From: Octopus sinensis | Lineage: Eukaryota | Length of the DNA stretch: 64,000 bases | Reading direction: 5' to 3' | Assembly (NCBI RefSeq): GCF_006345805.1 | Contig: NC_043000.1 | Location: forward strand, 82,956,001 to 83,020,000 | Shown here: in pieces, positions 24,213-36,610 of the stretch | Layout of the letters: each line of letters opens with the position of its first letter | Position numbering within the stretch: position 1 is the stretch's first letter | Notes under the pieces: generated by a model | What the model was told of the DNA's origin: nothing | What the model saw: the letters and a program-made list of their open reading frames with translations, nothing else | The model's database searches: none | Program-made: the position numbers and the translations under genes

Positions 24213-24450
24213 TGTATATATGTGTGTGTGTATGTTTGTGTGTCTCTGTTTGTCCCCCCCACCATCGCTTGACAACCGATGCTGGTGTGTCTACATCTCC
24301 GTAACTTAGCAGTTTGGCAAAAGAGACAGATAGAATAAGTACTAGGCTTACAAAGAATAAGCTCTGGGGTCGATTTATTCGTCTAAAGGTGGTGCTCCAG
24401 CATGGCTGCAATGAAATGACTGAAACAAATAAAAGAAGTAAAAGAGTAAA
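24010..24450 (+). mobile_element. full-length octopus CORE-type SINE with internal microsatellite
   Basis: Box A tggctgtgtggt, box B ggttcagtccc, CORE-like gggcaagtgtctt, internal (TATG)n, family tail. Confidence 0.85.
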
Positions 24451-25841
24451 GAGCCCTGTGTGACTCATATTTCATCAGCCCTGGTAAACTTTAAGGTTTG
24501 GATTAGTTTCTAATACCCTTAATTCTGTACATTCATAATCTATATGCTGAAACTTCTTCAATCTTACCTATATAGGATATTTATTATACAACCTTTTCAA
24601 TATTGTCTTAGAGGACTTGATTAATCCTGCTCACCATCCAAAGTTTCTTTGCCAATGCTACAACTTCAATTCAACATCTTAAATTCTTTGAGATATGTCT
24701 GCACCAGTGAATGGCACCTATCCTTAAACAAATAATTAAAGTAGTCCAGTTTGGAAATGTTCCCTAACATGAAACATCTACTTCAAATAGGATTTTTTTT
24801 AATCCAGATAATTCATTGTAACAATCTTTTATTTAAACTTCCCATACATTTCACTTTTTTAACACTACATAGCTTTTTCACTTTACTTCCCTAAAGTTTT
24901 CCAACTAATACACACCCTTTGAATATACTTTCTTGTATTTGTTTCAGTCATTTGACTGTGGCCATGATGGGGCACCGCCTTGAAGAAGTCCACTTGAACA
25001 AATCAACTTCAGGACATTTTTAAAGCCTGGTACTTAATCTATCAGTTTCTTCTGCCAAACCACTATGTTACAGGGATGTAAACACACCAGCACCAGTTGT
25101 TAAGCAGAGATCGGGGGACAGACACAGACTCACACACATGCATGCATACATACATACATACATACATACATACATACATACATACATACATACATACCTC
25201 CTTTTGTCATGAATGACCATGGGATTGCACCTAGAAAGCTACCCACCAAAGCACAACTCCAGGCAAAGTTGTTTATGGAAGACCAGCTATCACCCATGCA
25301 TACTGGCTTTCCCTCTCCATGCTACTGATGTTATTCAAGGGAAAGGTAAAGGCCAATACAGTTTGGCACCAGTGACATCACAACTCATTTCTACAGCTGA
25401 GTGAACTGGGGCAATGTGAAATAAAGTGTCTTGCTCAAGAACACAACACACAGCCCAGTCTGGGAATCGAACTCACTACCTCATGGTTGTGAGCCTGACG
25501 CTCTAACCACTGAGCCATGCACCTGTGATAGACTAGTATTACATCCAAGGAAAGATTGCTCTCTCAGAGCACTGTCCCTACACTATATTCTACTTTACCT
25601 CAGTACACCCCAGCTGTTATTAGGTACCACCAGATCGTCTTAGAATGTTATCTTTGATAGGTGATGTTCACATTTAGAGAGAGAGAGAATTATCTCTCAT
25701 CACAATCTCCCTACTGTTATACACTATGGACTGTATTACTCCACTTCACCCTGGCTGATCACTGGAGGCTACACCCTGCATCATGTTGCATTCCTTAAAA
25801 AACATCAGCAACCTTTCTGACTCTGCCAATTACCATCCTGA

Positions 25842-26183
25842 TGTACTCATTAACATCTGTACTCACTAACTCTTATACTCAGTTTTGTTTGTACACACAT
25901 TTGTACTCACTAACTTGTACTCACTAAATGTTGCACTCACATTTGTGCTTGCTTTATGTTGCTCTCACATTTGCATTCACTAACTGTTGTGCTCACATTT
26001 GTATTCACTAACTGCTGTACTCACATTTGCACTCACTAACTGTTGTACTCAATAACGCTTGTACTCACTAATTGTTGTACTCATGTTTGTGCTCACTAAC
26101 TGTTGTATTCATATTTGCACTCACTAACTGTTGTACTCACATTTGTCCTCACAAACTGTAGTGCTCACATTTGTACTCTCTAA
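25842..26183. repeat. degenerate minisatellite of alternating 12-16-bp units (tgtactcacatt / tgtactcactaactgt)
   Basis: About 20 tandem variants are visible. Confidence 0.85.
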
Positions 26184-26623
26184 CATTTTCTCATAACCTC
26201 CCAGTGTTGTTGCCATGTAAAAATCACTCAGTCCACTCTGTTGGATGGTTGGTGTTAGGAAGGGTATCCAACTGTAAAAAACTCAGCCAAAACAGGCACT
26301 GAAGCCTGGTGCAGTCTTCAGCCTAACCAGCCTCTGTCAAACCATCCAACCCATGCCAGCATGAAAGGCAGATGTTAAATGGGGATGAGGATAATATATA
26401 TATATGTAAACAATGAATTTCTATCAGTTTCCATCTACCAATTCAACTCACAAGGTTATGTTTAGCCTGAAGCTATAGCAGACCTGCCAAAGGTTCTATG
26501 CAGTGGGGCTGAACACAGGACCATATAGTTGGGAAGCAAGCTTCTTACCACAGCTATGCTAGACATTATTGAAAAAGTATATTTTGTAAGTTCTTCAAGG
26601 GTTAAGTTAAATAAGCAACTTAC

Positions 26624-26711
26624 TTTTGCTCTTTGGCATTGGAAGATATTGGTTTCTTTTATGTAAGAAAAGCAAACCAGGCTTATCTCAAGGTAGGCAC
26701 TCTTTGTCAAT
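26624..26711 (-). CDS. CFAP54: CFAP54 exon (LTKSAYLEISLVCFSYIKETNIFQCQRAK)
   Basis: ctgcag| and |gtaagt boundaries, phase 2-0. Matches human LIRDSYLEMALLYF. Confidence 0.88.
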
Positions 26712-26746
26712 CTGCAGCGAAGAAATGTGATTATTTTCATAATAAA

Positions 26747-26782
<36 letters not shown>

Positions 26783-26959
26783 TATAAAAACATTTGGTTA
26801 ATTTTTTTATCTATTTTCCTCAGCTTCAATAGGTGCTAAGCTACACATCTTGGGAAGGAAACTGAGGATTAAATCAACATCAGTACTTGACTGGTACTTA
26901 TTTTATTAAACCTAAGAGAAAAAAGAATCAAAGTTAACCCTTAGGTAAATCCTTAATTA

Positions 26960-27449
26960 CACAGTGTAACAAAGTTAAAAAATTTTATTTTGTCGCTGGT
27001 TAATAAGTGTTATTTTCTATTTGCTTCAATCTAAAAATCAAAGGAAATTGCTATTATTCCCTTCAAACTTTGATTTTGTGACTTGAACATCAACAAAATG
27101 AAACTGACCTATTTTCCAATACATTTCAGATAGATTCAGTACTGAGTTGCTGAAGCAGAAATACCATTGTGGCAAGTATTCTACTCAGTATTACAGATTT
27201 GCTTGTCAACTGCTTGACCTTAACCAGTTGAACATGTCTCTTAGTGCCTGACAATATGTGCATCTCTGATCATGGGGAGGAATAGAGGGGAGCATCATAG
27301 ATATGTGTTGAGAGAGATTCTTTGGGGTTTGAATAAATGTAACAAAAGCAAAGTTTGAAGGAAATGTTGGCCATTTTTTATGCTTTCTAGGGATAAGCAA
27401 ATAGAAAATAACAGTTGCTACCCAAGGACAAAAATCGTGTTACACAGTG
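26960..27449. mobile_element. MITE family with cactgtgtaac-type TIRs
   Basis: cacagtgtaac ... gttacacagtg ends. Co-linear copy at 34909..35377. Confidence 0.65.
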
Positions 27450-28063
27450 TTATTTACCAGCTAATCAACAATTTCAATGAGTAGAAATTATCTTTTTTGT
27501 AATTATATTTCAATAAAATGGAAACATTATGGTCTCAGAAGAACATTCATCTTTCTGGAATAATTGCAGCTTTCTTTTTTGCTTTCCAACTTACAAAAGT
27601 AAGGCTCATAGTAAATAAGCCAATGTTGTATTAAACTTGGCAGAAACATAACACACTTTTATTAATTACTAAACTGAGTGCCACAAACTATCTTTCATGA
27701 CTTCCTACTACATAAACATAATAATTCTATTTATTCTCCAATATACTAATGGCCTACTATACATCCTGAATATTGTATTGATATAAAATAAAAATCCGAG
27801 GCCCTGTAAGATGTTACTTAGGCACTCAACTCTGAGTCCACTGCATCTTATAGCAGAAACAGCTGTAAGCCAATGAAGTTCATAAGATAATTATTTATTC
27901 GTTTGTTGTCATTTTGTTATTACTGCTCTGTACTTGACTAATGCTTCGTTCTGAAGCATATGTATACTGAGTTCTGCACGAGTTTATTAGCTTTGCAATG
28001 CCTAAGTGAAATATTAGAATAAAAATTAAGACAAGGAAATTTGAAAATGTAGTAAAGACTTAC

Positions 28064-28166
28064 ACTATATTATGATGTGCAGAATAATCAACTTTAATTG
28101 CCTCAATAAATGAACTGATTGGTATAATTGATGGGATGCTTCTGCTCAGCAATCTTTGAACTTTAC
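28064..28166 (-). CDS. CFAP54: CFAP54 exon (GKVQRLLSRSIPSIIPISSFIEAIKVDYSAHHNI)
   Basis: attgcag| and |gtaagt boundaries, phase 1-2. Resembles human GKIERQ...LYEAIQLS. Confidence 0.85.
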
Positions 28167-29454
28167 CTGCAATATATATACATAAATATATATATATGCT
28201 AGCAGCTAAGCCCGGTTTCACTTGGTCAGTTTGGATGATGTGGCTGTAAAACCTGCTCTGTGTAAGCATTCAACTTCTTTGGGCACACTTATGTTAAAAA
28301 ACAATTTTAGAATGACTTTTTTCCTGTCAAAATGCTAAAAATAACTGACCAACAAAAGAAAAAAACCAACCAAGATTCAACCAAATAAAAAATAAACCCA
28401 AATACTAAACAAACAAAGATGAACCATCCCACTTCCATTGCACATGCACACGCACACACACACACATTCACATACTCCCCCCCTTTACATACATACACAT
28501 ATACTCACACAGAGTTGAAATGATGTTTAATTTATTTTTTTTAGTGTATGCTACCAAGTATGACATCACCCCATCTTTCCTTATTCATTTGTCACCCCTT
28601 CCTTTCTCATTCATAAACACAAGAGTATTATTATAGCAGATTATTTCGGTAACCATGGAAGCTATGAAAAAAATACAAAGCCCAGCATCACCACCGGATC
28701 ATTCTACACATCTGTGTAATTTTTCATGCAATTCCACGTAGCTGTTTGACAGTGAATCCCAAGACAAGAAAGAATCGCCCATGTCAAATATATATATATA
28801 TATATAAACATATAAATCTCATCCACTGTGGTGCAGTTATCTCCCCTGTTAGTGTATAGACATGTTTTTCGTGTGGCTATAAGGGCTCTTAGCTCTTATT
28901 CTAGCAATGTAAGAGCTACTCTGCAGTGTCAATCACAATCAGTGATAACTGAATTTTTCCTTTTTGGTTTTACATTGCATATAGCCATCTTCATTATTTT
29001 AAATACATATTACAAATATATATATATATATATATTGTTGCTATTATGTTAAACTGTTGTATGTCCAAATTTGGTCAAATACATTTCTTTCAAAATATTC
29101 ATTTTTGCTTGCAATAGCTGATTCTTTTGGTCAAACTGTCGTATCTCCCACTGCTTCAGATGCCAAGATATGAAAATTGTTAAAGTGTAGTACAACAGTT
29201 TAGCATTTTTCAAAACTGTAGTAAGTCCCACATACAACAGTTTTGCAAAAATATTTCTGATTGAAAATATCATATATGTTACAATTTTATGCACCCAACA
29301 AAAAAAGAAATGGAATGGTGAAACAAATTTTGCTTCAGATGGCCAAAGCTGGCTGCAGCTAAAGATGGTTGACACAGATGTGTTATCAGGCCAGTGAGAA
29401 TAAAGCCTACTAACCAGGGCCTCTCTTATGCCCCTAACCTTGTAAGAAGGAAAG

Positions 29455-29487
<33 letters not shown>

Positions 29488-29517
29488 GGTACAACCATGC
29501 TCATGTATATATCTGCA

Positions 29518-29846
29518 GTGAGGGCGCGTGGCTTAGTGGTTAGGGCATTCGGCTCATGATCGTAAGGTTGTGAGTTCGATTCCCGGCGACGCGTTGTGTC
29601 CTTGAGCAAGACACTTTATTTCACGTTGCTCCAGTCCACTCAGCTGGCAAAAATGAGTTGTACTTGTATTTCAAAGGGTCAGCCTTGTCACTCTCTGTGT
29701 CACGCTGATTATCCCCGAGAACTACGTTAAGGGTACACGTGTCTGTGGAATGCTCAGCCATTTGCACGTTAATTTCACGAGCAAGCTGTTCCGTTGATCG
29801 TATCAGCTGGGACCCTCGTCGTCGTAACCGGCGGAGTCTTTAGGGA
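29518..29846 (+). mobile_element. young tRNA-derived SINE with 11-bp TSD
   Basis: tRNA-like head with intact box A and box B. TSD atatatctgca at 29507-29517 and 29847-29857. CpGs retained; an older CpG-decayed copy lies at about 40180..40490. Confidence 0.9.
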
Positions 29847-30182
29847 ATATATCTGCACATATATACATTTATGCTCATGTGCACACACACACACACATGC
29901 AGTGGCCTTTCATATTATCCAGGAGAAGTCAGTCTTTCATCTGCTTCCTATCATAAACCTAAAGACAATTATTCTAAGTAACAGCATGAGGATCTAAAGA
30001 ATAATTTACAAAACATTACTTAGTTAAAAATACATCTACAGATTTACAATTTATGTATTCCTTTTGGAAATTTAAAAGACATTCTTCTGTATCGATATTA
30101 TCTTTTTTCAATATGGCTGCAGTCAAATGACTGAAACAAGTAGAAGGTAAAAAGTAAAAGATATAAATTCCTTATCACTCAC

Positions 30183-30316
30183 CAGTTTGCAGCAATATCT
30201 CCATACTAAGACTGGGTCGATAGGAATTATTTGATCGATTTAACAAGAAAGCTTCATTTAATAACTCAAGGGAATTGAAAATCTTGTTTCTTTGCTTAGA
30301 TTCAACACTCGTTAAA
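30183..30316 (-). CDS. CFAP54: CFAP54 exon (LTSVESKQRNKIFNSLELLNEAFLLNRSNNSYRPSLSMEILLQT)
   Basis: ctttcag| and G|gtgagt boundaries, phase 2-1. Resembles human ALHLFDVAL...EILFQKG. Confidence 0.87.
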
Positions 30317-31349
30317 CTGAAAGAAATCCAAGGATTATTTTGAAATAAACTATTGTTGTTTTGATACTAATTGAAATGAAATGTTTGAGAGTATCTGGGA
30401 TTGGACAACCAGATCATGGCTTGTGAGTTGAAATCACTACAAAAAATGTTATTATTTGTGAACAAAATAGTTATTCTATATAGGTTCCCCTTATCAAGCT
30501 GCCAGTAATGTAATCATTGAAAGGCAAACATAGATAAATTCAGCGAGGATTTATTTTTCATCTACCACTTGTCATATTAATTAAAAAAGATAAACTCTTA
30601 AAAATATCTTATGCCTTTGGGAGTTATATACAGTTTAATAATTTCTGAATCAAAATTTTTTAAATGAACAAAACTATTAAGATGTAATGGCTTAACAGTT
30701 TTTATTCAAAATGTAAAACACAAAAGTATTTTAATGCAAAATACTGAGTGAAAGAATGTGTAAAGTATCCAAACATTTGAAATAATATCTTAAAATTATC
30801 TACAATGGTCCTCCAACATGTGATTATAGGCTGAATTGAAAAATAACGTATCTGTTGCAAACTAAAATAATCCATGAAACATATCTTGTGAAACATATCT
30901 AGAAATAGTAGCCAAATGTTCCTTATACAGCACCCTACTATTTTGGGAAAAGAAAGAAAATACTAGTTTCAAATTTTGGTACAAGGCCAGCAAGTTCTTG
31001 AGAGGGGGTAAGTTGATTACATCAATGCCCAGCACTCAACTGGTACTTAATTTATCAACCCCAAAAGGATGAAAAGCAAAGTTGACCTCAGTGGAATTTG
31101 AACTTGGAATGTAAGGACAGCTAAGCATTTTGTCTGGTGTGCTAATGATTCCACCAGCTCACCACCTTAAAAAAAAAGGAAATATTAGATAATGTAATGA
31201 TTTTGCTTAAAGGAAAGGTCATGGTTGGAACAGCTTGGTTCCAAGGTTTGCTCAAGATGTCACATCTGATCTGGGTCTAAACAAGAATCCAAAGATTGAA
31301 TGAACTAGTAAGGATAAATATATAACCAAATATTCAGCTGTAAACTTAC

Positions 31350-31486
31350 TCGTTAACATCAGTGTGTTGAGAATATTTGACAGACATAAGAGCAACACGG
31401 AGATCAATATCAGCTAATATATCTAAGAATGGTAAATATACATTCTTCAGCTTTTTAGCTTGAATATTTGGGCAAAGAGTTTGAAG
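31350..31486 (-). CDS. CFAP54: CFAP54 exon (LQTLCPNIQAKKLKNVYLPFLDILADIDLRVALMSVKYSQHTDVN)
   Basis: cttttcag| and |gtaagt boundaries, phase 0-2. LKNVYLP matches human LKNIYLP. Confidence 0.9.
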
Positions 31487-32043
31487 CTGAAAAGAAATGT
31501 AAAAGAATATTTAGAATAAGAAAATGCACCATAGTACATAATTTAAGAACTTCATGTTTGCATTCTTACATTAACATTTTATTACTAAAAATTCATAATT
31601 TTATTATGTGATTAACAAATGTTCTATTGGTTTAACCCTTTAGCATTCAGGCTATTCTGTCAAATGTAATGCTTATATACTCACATTGTTTTTAATTATT
31701 CAAACGTAATCTTTCAGTTTCAATATTTCAATGATGTGATTGTTTATTTTTAGAATGACATTGTAGGGGAGGTGTGAGAGGCCAGATATGGCCAATTTGA
31801 ACATAAAATAGGTAGAATATTTGGGCCAGATATGGCCAGTTTGCCGAAGGTCTAAGAGTTCAGTTCGAGTCTGCCTATGTAGTTGGTAATAGCAAAATAT
31901 TTAGTGCATATTCTGATCACAGGAGAATATAATTTCTTAGTCTACCATGATTTCAATCAATCTGTGACCATTTTAACGATATAAAACAATGGAAAACAGC
32001 ATAAATAGCATTACGAACAAAATTAACAGCAAAAATAACTTAC

Positions 32044-32223
32044 CTTATTTTCCACAAGTTCTTTCACTTTAACATAAACATCCAGGGCATGTTGAGCTGT
32101 ATAAACACTCAGTGGTTCATTTGTTTTTATTCGGAGGTCAATTTGTAGCATTAGCAATCTGACCATTGTTTGCAAACCAGTGTCAGACAATTCGGAACAT
32201 TGCTTTATCACTTTGATACCTTT
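32044..32223 (-). CDS. CFAP54: CFAP54 exon (KGIKVIKQCSELS...VKELVENK)
   Basis: tttctcag| and AAG|gtaagt boundaries, phase 0-0. Lies within ORF 32023..32238. Confidence 0.85.
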
Positions 32224-32565
32224 CTGAGAAATAGACAAGATTTAAACAAACATCAGCTGACCCTTCAAAAAGACAATGCCAACATTTTATAGACACTCAC
32301 ACACACATGCACAAGTATCAATATACAACATGTTTACAGTTTCTGCCAACCAATTTTCACTTGCAGGGGAGAAAAAAATCACTTGCTAAAACGTACTGTA
32401 CAAATGAGTGAAAAAAAGATGATTGTGAAATAAATTTTTCCACCAGACTTTCTTCAAGATTTCAATTATGTGACTGCTTTATTCTTAGAATGATATTTTA
32501 GGGTAGCTATGAGAGGCCAGATCTAGTCAGTTTCAGCACCAAACAAGAAGAGCTGTTGTAGCATA

Positions 32566-33393
32566 CATGGTCTGATCAATAAGTATCAGGACTGTTGCTA
32601 TAGTAACAAAGCTGAAGTATGGAAAGTGAAGCTGCTTGGCACAGATTGATCGTAAACTCTGCTGTGCATGCACACTAAGTTTTAACAGTCTAGCTCACTT
32701 CTGCTGTCTACAGCAGTACTTGGAAGTAACATGTGTAATGTGTGATCACTGCATTGACCATGAAGGAGTGAGTTAGGCAGAGAATTTGCATCAAATTTTG
32801 CCAAAAGCTTCGTGATACCTGTTCAGAGGTCTACACTAAGTTTTTGGTCAGTTGAAAGCAGTTTTGACACAAACTTGGCAGACACACATCTCATACCCAA
32901 ATTTTCAATGATAATGGACTGAACTGAACTGTAATTAATCTGCACATCCTCTGATAACTCACAGATGGGGATTCAACGATTTTCCCTCACAGTTGCATAC
33001 ATATCTGTGATGTTTATCTCAGTTCTACTGATTGCAGGTCTCCTAGAATGTTCATCAATATCGACATTTTTTCGGCCATCTTAGAAACGTCTAAACCACT
33101 CATACAATTGTGTGCAGCTCATACACTCCTCTCCATATACTTTCTACAGCTTTGCGTAGGCCTCTGAGCAGGTATCGCAATGACAACTTGCTCTGTCATG
33201 TTCAATACTACGATCACACGTTACACACGTTACTTCCAAGCACTGCTGTAAATAGGAGAAGTGAGCTAGAATGTTAAAAGTTAGTGTGCATGCACAGCAG
33301 AGGTCAAGGTCAATCTGTGCCAAGCAGCTTCACTCTGCATGCTTTAGCTTCGTTACTATGGCAACAGTCCGGATACTTTTTGATCAGATCTTG
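32566..33393. mobile_element. mariner-derived foldback element made of two inverted 5' ends
   Basis: About 200-bp imperfect inverted arms. Plus strand reads QRICIKFCQKL. Minus strand reads VYGEECMSCTQLYEWFRRF...LGMRCVSAKFVSKLL (mariner HTH and WVPREL-like motif). Confidence 0.85.
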
Positions 33394-33499
33394 AATGCAG
33401 TTTTCACAGAGGTAAAGTTGGCATTTTAATGCTCTGATGACAATGGAGAAATCTTGTCAAAGATGTTACCCATGATGTTGATAAAGTTATTTACTTGTT

Positions 33500-34180
33500 T
33501 TTAGGGTCTTCATATGCAATCAGACAAGGAGATAGAGTTTCCTCCTGTCTCTGGACCTGAATTCCCCTCTTCTCCTCCTTCATATGGCCACACCTAAAAT
33601 TCTGCTGCCACCTGTGGTCTCCCCACACCAAACAAAACATCACTCCAGAGAGCATTCACTAAAAAAATTAAGGGCAAGACTTATTATGATTATTGAGACT
33701 GCCTTAAAACATTGAATCATTATTCTCTCCAGTGCTGCTAAAAGCTCTGCATTATTTGCACAATGTGGAGGACAAACCAATATTTCCCAAACAACATTAA
33801 CATTAGATTTAGAATTCATCCAAGGCTGGGGGGAAAGTGCAATACATTCCCTACACAATTCAGGATCACAACACAAACTCAGTGTAACACAATTTCTTTC
33901 ACAAACTGGCCCTGCTTTATTTAACATTATCCCAGAACAAATCAAAGAAGAAAAAGATCACATCACCTTCAAATGAAACCTGGACAAACTTCTTTAAGGG
34001 GTTCCAGATAAGCCACCTATATCTGGATACATCTCAGTCAACAACAACCCCCTATGTGAATGGGCCATATACCACAAAACTTGACTTAAAGATAACAGAT
34101 CCTGACAGGAGGTGCTATTAAGTTAGATATGGCCTGGGCCAATCTTTGGCTTAAACACATCTAAGTTATCTAAGTTATGA
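33500..34180 (+). mobile_element. CR1/L2-group LINE 3' remnant
   Basis: Frameshifted IHPRLG...GPALFNIIPEQIKEEKDHITFK*NLDKLL*GVPDKP, followed by a ctaagttat tandem tail. Confidence 0.6.
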
Positions 34181-34908
34181 AGGTGTCATATGACACCCAC
34201 TTACCTACTTGATATAAATGAAGTGACACACATCAGTTTTGCCCTTTTTACTTTAAACACTAAATTAGTTGACCATTAAATCTCACAATATTGTGAATAA
34301 TTTATATCAGGATGTAGTGTAACTATAGCCAAGAAAAGCAAAAAAAGAAACTGTTACCCTCAAATGGTCCAGTTCATCTAGTTGTACCTGTAAATAGGTA
34401 CAGCAAAAAGTGCATAAACTACTACTGTTTATTGTAAAATTAACAATTGTGAATTACCATCCACTGAAACATCAAATAATTAACTTAATCATCTGATAAC
34501 AGATAGATCTATAAAGGAACAGTATTCAATACAGAAATGTTGCTGACAAAACAGTTTTTGTCCTACTAGGATTAACCTTGGCTTTCATACCTCTGATTTT
34601 ATTTAGCACAATGATCAAAGACATTTCAGTTTTAATCATTCTTTTCTTTATTAAGATAATGAATTTTGGACTACATCACCTAATGAGTGATATTCTTGTA
34701 TAAGGTAGTAATGTGTGATATGAGGGAAATTTGGTTGTTATTTCTGGCTGGTTGAGCAACTTAGTAAAGGCTCCCTAGTTAGTTTAATCTGTCTATTGTT
34801 GATAGAGTAAGCAGCATCAATATTTTGAGGTTGATTTCAAAAGAATGAAAGACAATATCAATTCTGGTGGAATTTAAACTTACAATGTAAAGGTACATAA
34901 CAAAAATA

Positions 34909-35377
34909 CGCTGTGTAACAAAATTTTTATTTTATTTGTTTTTTTTTTTTTTGTCATTGGTCAGTAAGTATCATTTCCTATTTGCTTCTATCTAGAAATC
35001 AAAGGAAAGTACTATTCTTTTCAAACATTGCTTTTGTGATCTGGACATCAATGTTTTCGAACTGGCCTATTTTCCATTACATTTCAGACAGATTCAGTGT
35101 GAAGCAGAAGTATCATTATAGTAAATATTCTGTTCACTAACACAGATTTGTTTGTCGGTTGCTTGACCATAGCCACTTGAACATGTCCCTTAGTGGCTGA
35201 TGACATATGCATTTCTAATGATGAGCAGGAGTCGTATGTTGAGAAGGATTCTTTAGGGTTTGTATGAATGTAACAAAATCAAAGTTTAAAGGAAATAACC
35301 ATTTTTCATACTTTCTAGGGGTAAGCAAATGGGAAATAACAGTTGCTACCAAAGGACAAAAACTGTGTTACATAGTG
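34909..35377. mobile_element. second copy of the MITE at 26960..27449
   Basis: Co-linear similarity and the same TIR motif. Confidence 0.65.
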
Positions 35378-35679
35378 ATACTGCTGCTTCCAACCAGATC
35401 CACAACTTCATGATTGATACAATACTGCTTTTTTTTAATTATATCTTTACATTAAATAAATTAGTTTTAACCAACACTTATAAATATATTTCACTCACTA
35501 TTACATTTATCAGATAAATTCATTTATTTCTTTAAAGTGTTATTTGAATTAGCACAAAAAATATTTTTATCAAAGTATTTTATGGTTCTTAGAGCTCTAT
35601 TCTTTCTCTACAACTTCCGTTTATCATTTTTGAAATCTGAATGAATTTTACCTGTTTCCAGATATATGATAACAGAGTG

Positions 35680-36327
35680 TGAAGTAGAAAAAAATGCACA
35701 TTTTTGATATAGGTTTCTCTTTGCTTTCACTTGAGGTTCCAAAACTATCAAAGCCACTAAAGGCATTTGTGCCATGTACAGAGAAGGTACTCTGACTGGT
35801 AAAACTGCACAGAAATGGTATCCACACTTCAAGGAGGGGCAATTCAACCTCACAGACTCTCTGCATTCAGGCTGACCTCTTCAGTTCAATGAGGGTTGAA
35901 TGAATGAGCTCATCTACAAGAGTCTGCACCAATCTTCGAGGGAACTGGTTCAGCAGATGGGATCATCTCATGATACCACTGCACATCACCTTCAGTCCAG
36001 CAGAAATGACCCAACCAGCAATACCACATGCTTCTTCAGCACAACAATGTTTTTCCCTGATGTTACTAATTTGACCAAAAATGCTATTCAAGTGTTTAGT
36101 TGGGATGTTCTACCATGCCCACCATATTCAGCAATGATGTGGGGCTGAAAATATGACTCAATACATTCTTCATGTTAAGACCCAATGGTTTCTACAAGCT
36201 AATGGAAGTTGGCAAGTAGTCATAAGCAATAACAAAAAATATATTATTAACTGATTTGTTAAAATTGTTGATGGAAGTAAAGATTAAAAATAAATGGAAA
36301 AAAAGTAATTAATCTGACAACCCAATA
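35680..36327 (+). mobile_element. internally deleted mariner transposon remnant
   Basis: ICAMYREG...AQKWYPHFKEGQFNLTD (HTH), WDVLPCPPYS (YSPDL-region motif), 3' TIR gacaacccaata. Confidence 0.8.
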
Positions 36328-36395
36328 TATTTATTTTCCAATTCTAGCATTTACAGTGTCAAACAACTGAAAGATGGGCAAGACTTAAAACTTAC

Positions 36396-36571
36396 CTGAC
36401 ATATATTGTTACAGGTCTTGGTACAATGTGTCATTTTAAACTGATTCAGTACTTCTATATATATAAAATCAGCTTCTTTTTCAAAATCATTACAATTTTT
36501 AGCTTCTTGTTGTCCTTCCTGACAATACTGCATAATAGATGCCCATTCTGGTAGCAAAGGTTCGTCAAATT
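36396..36571 (-). CDS. CFAP54: CFAP54 exon (FDEPLLPEWASIMQYCQEGQQEAKNCNDFEKEADF...NNICQ)
   Basis: cctatag| and CAG|gtaagt boundaries, phase 1-0. Resembles human EVCMEAKSAGDTELQAEF. Confidence 0.87.
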
Positions 36572-36610
36572 CTATAGGAGGTGTTAGAAATATAGACATT
36601 TAAACATTTA

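Noticed and set aside
29520-29595. tRNA-like sequence with a CAT anticodon loop
   Set aside because: It is the head of a SINE: it continues into the SINE body, is flanked by a TSD and has a poor acceptor stem.
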